Shown: piece after piece, positions 55,590-64,000 of the stretch
Position numbering within the stretch: the stretch's first letter is position 1
Layout of the letters: the number at the start of each line of letters is the position of its first letter
From: Eledone cirrhosa
Lineage: Eukaryota
Assembly: GCA_964016885.1 (NCBI GenBank)
Contig: OZ024742.1
Span: 175,336,001-175,400,000, forward strand
DNA: 64,000 bases
Reading direction: 5' to 3'
Program-made: the position numbers and the translations under genes
Notes under the pieces: generated by a model
What the model was told of the DNA's origin: nothing
What the model saw: the letters and a program-made list of their open reading frames with translations, nothing else
Database searches by the model: none

Positions 55590-56110
55590 CAGGTACATCA
55601 AACTATCACACCCAACTCTCTTCCAATTCCTCCAGTTCATCACCCCCTGGATTTGTACTTGGTACATTGTCCCCAAAAAGAAGAAGGGAAAATTTATCTC
55701 AGCAGTATTTGAACTCAGAATGCAGAGAGTTGGAACAAATACCAAGGTATTCAATCTGACATTCTAATGACTATGGCAAGTTTCCTTCACACACAGAAAA
55801 ACTAAACAAAATTGAGAAAAAACTCATATTCTTCTTTGAACTGTATCATCTACGGTCCAATATAACTTAAGACACCAAAGTATTATTGTATCACCATAGA
55901 ACTCTTGTAAAGTGTTACATTTCATAAGATAAAATCCCATTGTGGTATTTGTTCTGGTTCTTTACATTCTAAATTTAAATTCTGCCAAGTCTAACTTTGC
56001 CTTTCATCCATCCAGGTTCGATAAAATAAATCACCAGTTAAGTACTGGGGTTTATTTAATCAACTCATCACCCCAAATTTTCCTGGCTTTGTGCCTAAAT
56101 TAAAAATCAA
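55590..56110. mobile_element. Two decayed SINE family A copies in opposite orientations
   Basis: ATTTGAACTCAGAATG (-, near 55710) and AACTTTGCCTTTCATCC..GATAAAATAAA..CTGGCTTTGTGCC (+, about 55990-56100). Confidence 0.6.
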
Positions 56111-58862
56111 TATTAATTATTAAAAGTTAACCCATCTGATACGAAATCAACTAAAAATGATTATGGTTCTATGATTCAAAGCTGTTTGTTTTAAACTATT
56201 TATATTTATCTAAAAATCTTCCATTGTAAGTTTATGTAAGAGCCATTAAGTTATTTTCTATGAACTAATTTAATAATGAGAAACTTACTTATATCATTAA
56301 ATCACTCCAAATTCTTCATTATTTTCAAAATATTAAAAACTTATAGGCAGTGTCTTTTATTAGAGATATGGCACCAAAAGGGTTAAACAATTATCCTTGC
56401 AGAAACTATACATATTGAATAGAAAGATAATGACTTTTAGAGTATATGTGTAAAGTGATAAAGAAATTTGTTTATAGAATCATCTATTTCATAATTAAAT
56501 ACAAGTTAACATTTTCATTACCATACTTCTATATAATGTTTGGTTATTCTATATAATGTTTGATTATTTTCAAAATTAAATGAAATATTTGGAGAAATTT
56601 AATAAAATAATGAAATTTTTAAAGCTGGTATTTGGAACATCACTTAACAAAGATTTTCTTAAATTTATGATGGGAGCTTATTATATAAATATTAACACTT
56701 TAAAATGGGTAGTGTTGTATCATAAAAGCAGGGCTGTTTGCAGGCAGATTGGTATCAAAAGCATTAAATTGAGAAGCTCACAGTTCAATGCAGTTTAGAA
56801 TTCTTCAAAGGCTGCTGTTAGTAAATATGGCTTTTTAGATGTTATAAGATGATTAATATCAATGGTAGTTTAAGTTGTTACTACCTATTACAATGATGTT
56901 GTTGAAGAATTAATAACAAGAAGACTTTTGTAACATAGAGAAGACATAACAGTATGTGTTCATCTTATCAAGATCAGTGTAGAATATTTTGTGAAAAATC
57001 GCGAGACAACTGTGATAAAAGCCCGCGAGCAAAAATTCACAAACTAAAACTAAGGCCTCTACTGACTTGCGTAGGCAATTTTTCTTTGTCAACTAGAGGC
57101 ACCTTTATGGATGAGAAAATTTAAAAGAATGGAAAGTATACACAGAAATGAGTAAGAGCCAAAGATATGTGTGTGAAAGTGAGAGGAAAGTATATAGATA
57201 GATATATAGGCGACAAGAAATGTTTTAATGTAATTTTTCCAGTTAAAGCAGGGTTTATTTAGCCATTCAGGTCCCATAAAAGACTTCATATTGGCTTTAG
57301 TCATTTTGAGGCAATAGCTTATAGCCAGATGTATTTCCTGGTGCCAACTCCTTTCAGGCACTTTTTATGACATGCAAGGATACAGTGTATCTATCTTTAA
57401 ATGAGATACACACAATAGTTTCCTGAGAAGGTGTGTGACTCAATAAAGTCCATGTTATGTATTCTATTGAATTAATTCAATTTTCACAGCCCAATATTTA
57501 AAATTTCTCCCCAATAAATTATTCAGAGAGTGACATTTACAGCAGCTGGATCTTCTGCTAAAGAAATAATTATTTATCAGAATTTTAAATATTATATAAG
57601 ACTTTCAGTAAAGCAACAAAGCAGAAACATTTGGTTTCAGTAATTTGGTTTTGGTAATTCAGAAAACTTTCTTTTAAATAGGCACAGGCATGGCAGTATG
57701 GTTATGGGTCTAGCTTTATAAACATGTGGCTTCAGGTTCAATTCAAGTAGTGGCATATTGTGCAAGTAGCACTGGTGTGACATTAATAATAATCATCACC
57801 ATTATTGTTCTATGCTTTTGTTGTATATATATACATGTGAGAGAGAGAGCGAGAGAGAGAGACAGAGAAGACTAGGTAATTTGAAATTCTGAAAATATAT
57901 ATATATATATATATATATTTCATTGAATATTCTTTGTGGAATATTCTTTTATATTGAATATTCTTTTATATTTATATACATATGTAGATTAAACGATGTC
58001 AACATGAATAGACCTATTATTTTTATCTAAAGACATTTTTTCCAATTCCAACCCGCCCATCCCCTCAATCTATCTTATTTCTCATTCTTTCTTGGTCCGA
58101 AGCGTTAAGACCTTCCTACTATATCAAGTGTTAACCTAATATATCCCTTCCATATGTACCGTTTGTGTTGTCATTTCTGTTTACCTTATATATATATATA
58201 TATATATAAATACATCTCCCATAATTAGGTTTCATCTATATATATAATACATATATATATTGATTATGTTATTCAAGAAAGAATGCTCAATGAACATTAA
58301 GCTCAGTGCTTAATTTATTACAGATTTAAATGATATACCAAAATATATTTTTCTTATATCACGTTGTGAAGCGAAACTAGTATTATTTACATATATATAG
58401 AACAACAAAAAATAAATGTACTCACTTAAATAAAGAAACATTAATTTTTGACACAATGTGCTTTTATTTTGAGCATCTTGCTTTGACAGATTGTTAGTTA
58501 GTGTACAATGTGAGATTTATATAGATAAGACGAGAAGCTCCCTCTAAAAGCTGAATTCCAGGTGCTGAATCACACACGCAATAACAAATGACAAATGACT
58601 GCAACATGTACCTTGATGTTGTGTTACAGAAGAGCAAGCCAAACAATATATATATATACATATACATATATATATATATATATATACATATACATACATA
58701 CTTGAATATATACTTGTGTATATATATATATAAGTTTGTATATGTGGGTCTTATTAAAATATGTAAACATGATAGATAGAAAATCATTTCTAAGTATCAT
58801 CATAAACCTTGAACATCAACATTTTTATACTGCAATAATATATACACACACATAAACACATA

Positions 58863-58898
<36 letters not shown>

Positions 58899-58989
58899 CC
58901 ATATATATATCATATATATATTGATATATATATTGTATATATATATATTGATATATTCATTATTATATATTCATTTCATTTCATTTTAC

Positions 58990-59305
58990 ATCTGCTTTTT
59001 CCCTGCTTGCAAGGGTGGGACGGGAACTGATTCTGGCTTGATTTCTACAGCTGGATGCCCTTCCTAACACCAACCTCATTTACAGTGAGCGATGGGTGCT
59101 TTTTTGCTGTGGCACCTCCACGACCACTTTGCAGTGGAATGATAGGGACCCCAGTCCCTATCATCTCATTTCTACAGCTGAGTAAACTGGAGCAATGTGA
59201 AATAAAGTGTCTTGCTCAAGGAAACAACACATCACCCTGTCTGAGAATTGAACTCACAACCTTTCGATTGCAAGGCCAATGCTCTAACCACTAAGCCATG
59301 TGCCT

Positions 59306-59308
<3 letters not shown>
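58990..59308 (-). mobile_element. SINE family B (tRNA head ending 59308) joined to an RTE-type 3' segment
   Basis: Reverse complement GGAGGCACATGGCTTAGTGGTTAGAGCATTGG (box A) ..GAGTTCAATTCTC (box B) ..CCTTGAGCAAGACAC..AGGAAGGGCATCCAGC. Confidence 0.85.
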
Positions 59309-59384
<76 letters not shown>

Positions 59385-59690
59385 TGCATGCACACACATG
59401 TACATATAAATATGCACACTATGTACACACACAAACACTACAGAACATAAAAGAACATAGAATATGACCCATATAACCTGGTTGTTCTCACAGTTGGATT
59501 TTCTTCCACCTATTAATCACAAAATATAAAGACCAGATAGCGTTCAATCTTTTATACACATATTAATCAGTGATGCAAACTGGAGGAGTCATATATAGGT
59601 TATTCATGCTTTGCTCTGATACACAAAACAATAGCTGAATACATAGACCAAAGTTCTATAATTCTATACACACACACACACACACACCTA

Positions 59691-59890
59691 TATGAGAGTG
59701 GGCTGAAAAGTTTATAGGTTGACTATGAACAAGTGATGCCAGAACTGTGAAATCTTGCATGCATGAATTGCAACTCTCTTTATTATTAAATGCATTGTTT
59801 CTTTCCAGGAACTATGTTTGAAATAAAACTCATTTGGTTATTCCATGAGAGTATCTTCGTCATCCTATGAACTTTGCAGCCAACCCTTGT
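59691..59890. mobile_element. Mariner-type MITE
   Basis: Imperfect TIRs TATGAGAGTGGGCTGAAAAGTTTATAGG and CCTATGAACTTTGCAGCCAACCCTTGT; a solo TIR occurs at about 47804-47830. Confidence 0.65.
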
Positions 59891-59893
59891 GTG

Positions 59894-59927
<34 letters not shown>

Positions 59928-60337
59928 CTTAGGGTAAACATTGATGTAATTCAATTCAAGCACTCAACGTACTTTTTCCACATAGGAGTGACGGAGTAAA
60001 TATCGAATAAGGAAAAGCGAAGTAGTTTCAAAAACTAACACTCTCCCATCCCCTCTGGCTTTCGGCTGACTGCCACAGTCGGGATGGGTAGCATACACTA
60101 TGGTACATGCCTAGGTGGGTCATTGTTTGGCTGAGAGGGTGAACTGACTAAGCGAATTTCGTTGAAATCTGCGGTAGCTAATGGTCAACTTCCTTCGGAC
60201 ATGCGCCTGCGCAGACCGGTGGTGGTGAATTGGTTCTCACAGGGGAATGGATGAAGAACCCAAAAGCACTCACTTCGTCCGTTCCCATGTTGATTCAATT
60301 TGGATTGCCTCGGAAACATAACCTTATTATGTAACAA

Positions 60338-60411
60338 GCTGTCTGATGAGGTCACGACACTCGCACACCGAACAGTGTGGCCAGTGTCGTCATTGAAATA
60401 TATATCACAGC
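60338..60411 (+). ncRNA. Type I hammerhead ribozyme motif
   Basis: GCTGT / CTGATGA / GGTCACGACACT..AGTGTCGTCATT / GAA / ATATATAT / C / ACAGC. Confidence 0.75.
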
Positions 60412-60414
60412 ATT

Positions 60415-60592
60415 GTGGATTGTCAGTATCGGTGGAGGGTCGGACGCCATGCTTTCCAGCATAGTTACGTCCCTTTACGATCTGAGTTCAAATCCCACCG
60501 AGGTTGACTTTGCCTTTCATCCTTACGGGGTTGATAAAATAAAGTACCAGTAATGCACTGGTAATTGCTGGCCTTGTGCCTAAAGTAGAAAC
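60415..60592 (+). mobile_element. SINE family A nested in the PLE relic
   Basis: Interrupts CAGCATT|ATTATTAAAGGAC, which is uninterrupted at 53530-53549. Confidence 0.9.
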
Positions 60593-61100
60593 AATTATTA
60601 TTAAAGGACTTGAACATCTGAAACTACTTCGCTTTTCCTTATTCTATATATATATATAGTAATGTAGTAAATTGGCAGGCAGAAATCGTAGAACAGCTGA
60701 TGTTGAAATATCTTGCAATGTATTATTATGGCTCCTGTGGTGTTCTGAGTTCAAATCACTCTAGTGTCCGCTCTGCTCTTTATCTTCTGGGTTGTAGAAT
60801 ACAATATCAGTCTAGGTCAAAGGGCAAGTAGAAATGGTCAGGATGTCTTGAGACATATGTACCACACTTAGCATTCTAGTTTCAAATAATTATATGGTCT
60901 ACCAAACTACTACACATAAACTTTCATTCAGTTTAACATCACCATCTTGCCACTGGGTGTCTTCAAATGTGTCCTCACTGTTGCCAGAATCAAAACCTGT
61001 TCGCTGGCTTAAGGATATATCTCTCTGTCACTTCTGCTAATCTTGGAAGCCTTGAAATATATCATAAGCCCTATCCTTTGTCCTGACTATGTGATAATTA

Positions 61101-61161
<61 letters not shown>

Positions 61162-61315
61162 ATTTAAAACTGAACTATCCACAAGTGTTTTTTAGCCTTC
61201 ATATCATGTCCTCCTGTTTTATCTGATGAAAACACAAATATTATTGCATGATGATATTTGTTTTTGAAATGCGCATAATAAAATACATGGAACTCCTTTA
61301 ACCATCTTTTGTTCT

Positions 61316-61382
<67 letters not shown>

Positions 61383-61855
61383 AACATCACACACAAATCT
61401 GTATGCGTTGGTGTATCACAAGCAAGATATTTGTATGTATAGTGGATTGTGTAGTTTTAAACAAGTTTTATATCTCATTTATTGTATTTTATCTTAGTCT
61501 AGCTTCTCGTTCGCAGTTCCCTATACTTCACTTTTCTTTCCTTGTAACCTGAACCACTCATACCCCCCCCCCCCCAAAAAAAAACTACACAGCCCCCTAT
61601 ATTTATGTGTGTAGAAAATATCCATAGGTATGAAAAAGGAAAATGGTGCTCAATTAGAGATGAGAACTGATATATTATTTATTCATATTTATACATGGAA
61701 CAAAAGCACTACATAAGTGCCTGAGGATTAAGTCACAATGTTGATCCCTCTTACAATCTGGAGATATGGTCAATATTGGACCGTGAAAACTTAGGTAGCT
61801 CTGTTCTATGCATGAATATAAATAAATAATATAATATAATATATATATATATAAA

Positions 61856-62608
61856 TATGAATGTATATATAGTGTATTTTGCAATACACTGTATGCTTAA
61901 CTAAAAGCATTTCGAAGACCTTACGCTATTGTTTTAGAGTAGTGACAGTCTCACTTACTTTAAATTTTCAGCAAACAGGGGAGATAAAGCTGACAGAGCT
62001 CTGTTTCGTACTGATTGGTAATTTTCAAAGCCAAGTACTCCACCTGTTTGCTGAAAATCATGAATGTTTGATTCTTATAGAATTCTAGTAATAATCAGGA
62101 ACTGATTATACAGAACGGTTGCAGGTCAGGCAGAAATTGAAAATTAGAATTGGTGCTCTGAAATAGCGATATATGTATGAATGTATATATAGTGTATTTT
62201 GCAATACACTGTATGCTTAATTAAAAGCATCTCGAAGACCTTACATTCATATATATATCGCTATTTCAGAGCACCAATTCTAATTTTCAATTTCTGCCTG
62301 ACCTGCAACCGCTCTGTATAATCAGTTCCTGATTATTACTAGAATTCTATAAGAATCAAAAATTCATGATTTTCAGCAAACAGGTGGAGTACTTGGCTTT
62401 GATAAGTACCAATCAGTACGAACCAGAGCTCTGTCAGCTTTATCTCCCCTGTTTGCTGAAAATTTAAAGTAAGTGAGACAGTCACTACTCTAAAACAATA
62501 GCGTAAGGTCTTCGAAATGCTTTTAATTAAGCATACAGTGTATTGCAAAATACACTATATATACATTCATATATATATCGCTATTTCAGAGCGCCAATTC
62601 TAACTTCC
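61856..62608. repeat. 320-bp unit in partial tandem followed by its inverted copy
   Basis: TATGAATGTATATATAGTG at 61856 and 62176; strand switch at about 62244; mirror ORFs 61879+ and 62548-. Confidence 0.9.
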
Positions 62609-63059
62609 ATATATATATATATATATATACACATGAAACTGTTTCTTAATCCACCATACTTTGAAATTTCAAAAAACGAGAGCTTGTGAGCATAAAAAAA
62701 ACTAGTTTCTTCTATTAACCATTTGATGAAAGGATTTTATCCCTAAATATAGTGACTCATAAAGAACTGCAAGATAACACCCCATCATCATTTTAATATT
62801 TTTTAACATTTACCCCTCCACAATTTTCATCCTTATAGCTTTATATATAAACATATATAGATATATATATACATATATATATATATAATCATCATCATCG
62901 TTTAACATCCATCTTCCATGCTAGCATGGGTTAGACGATTTTGTTCCTTTTGATGCGGGAATGGTTGGGAGACTTTGTCTTGCTCATATAGAAGTGTCTC
63001 TGGCAGGTTTTTTTTATAGCTGGATGCCCTTCCTAACACCAACCACATTTACAGTGTGG

Positions 63060-64000
63060 ATGTTTGTGTGTGTATACATAAGAAATGAAGTTATGCATAT
63101 CCATAATAAATGTAGCAAGACAGAGGACCAGCTCACTGACACTGTACACTTCATAGATGTACTGAAGACGAATGGATACCCAACAGACACAGTTATTTGA
63201 CTTAAGAATCGATGGCGCCACAGGCATAAGACCTCCTTTAACACCTGCATCATTAAATTAACTCATTTCAGCGAAAGCATAAACACAGCTATCTGCAGAA
63301 CTATCCGCAAAGAAGAACTGGACATACAATTAGCACACTCCGGCCCTTCAGTGCGATGATACCTGTCTAAAATGCAATCCAGAAATGGTAAGAATCAATG
63401 CCTGCTGATTAGCTGCCCTATCCGCACTACAGGCATGTGCCAGTGGCACATGTGGTATACCAGATTGAATGCAACAAATGTAAGGAGTTCTACTACATTG
63501 GTAGCATGGCTCGAGCATTCCACACTCTCATTACATAACACCTCAACACACACGCATCCTCATTCAAAAAACACATCAGCAAATGTAGAAACATCAACCA
63601 ACATATGACCGTTACTATTAAATCCAGTGATAGAAATGTGAGCAACTTAAGTATTAGGGAAGCCTTGCTAATATGTAGACTCAACCCATAAACAAATAAT
63701 AGATTAGAACTCAGCGCACATTACGTAACATAAACAGACGCACCCACACCAACCAACACAAACTAAACATCCCATACAAAACAAGAAATTTGATTTTGTG
63801 AAATAATATATTGGCAATTGACGTCATTTTCATGAAAAACGTAACAACCATAAAAAACGATTGAAAACGACTTAGAAAAAAATTAAATCAAAATCAAAAT
63901 TTAATCCCAATGAGAGGAAATTGGAACATTATCCACTGAAAGTTCCTTAAACCCTGAAGAAGCGACTTTTAGGTCCCGAAATATTGGACAGAATAAAAAG
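63060..64000 (+). mobile_element. Decayed PLE 3' fragment (thumb, GIY-YIG, possible HHR remnant)
   Basis: DVLKTNGYP and ECNKCKEFYYIGS..HL..SSFKKH remnants; CTGAAGA..GAAATATTGG at about 63954-63987. Confidence 0.65.

Larger units (their letters stand above)
59929..60645 (+). mobile_element. Second insertion of the 52150-53590 family: short inverted end plus forward arm, with a nested SINE
   Basis: 59929-60030 matches 52150-52251; 60031-60645 matches about 53150-53585, interrupted by a SINE. Confidence 0.85.

Noticed and set aside
59235-59308. tRNA gene
   Set aside because: The box A/B head runs straight into SINE body sequence found at several loci.
27902-61394. Numerous [12 protein letters not shown] ORFs
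   Set aside because: They are translations of dinucleotide microsatellites.

Overview
AT-rich, microsatellite-saturated animal DNA; the repeat families suggest a cephalopod such as Octopus (inference, not checked). No intact host gene is recognisable, only two weak candidate terminal exons. Contents: (1) an 11.8-kb array of 22 plus one partial near-identical ~530-bp units that truncates an L1/Tx1 LINE remnant; (2) a near-full-length, disabled Penelope-like element (PLE; RT plus GIY-YIG) preceded by a ~435-codon coiled-coil ORF1 that overlaps the RT frame at a T-TTT-TTA slippery heptamer, plus a second 5'-truncated copy with an inverted 3' end; (3) many non-coding PLE-terminal relics inserted in (TA)n tracts that carry type I hammerhead ribozyme (HHR) motifs from at least four unrelated sequence families, including a tandem pair with a compensatory U3-A8 core; (4) RTE LINEs (one with an embedded PHD finger), two SINE families, a Tc1/mariner remnant, a MITE and a non-autonomous Helitron. 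All RNA folds and alignments were done by eye.
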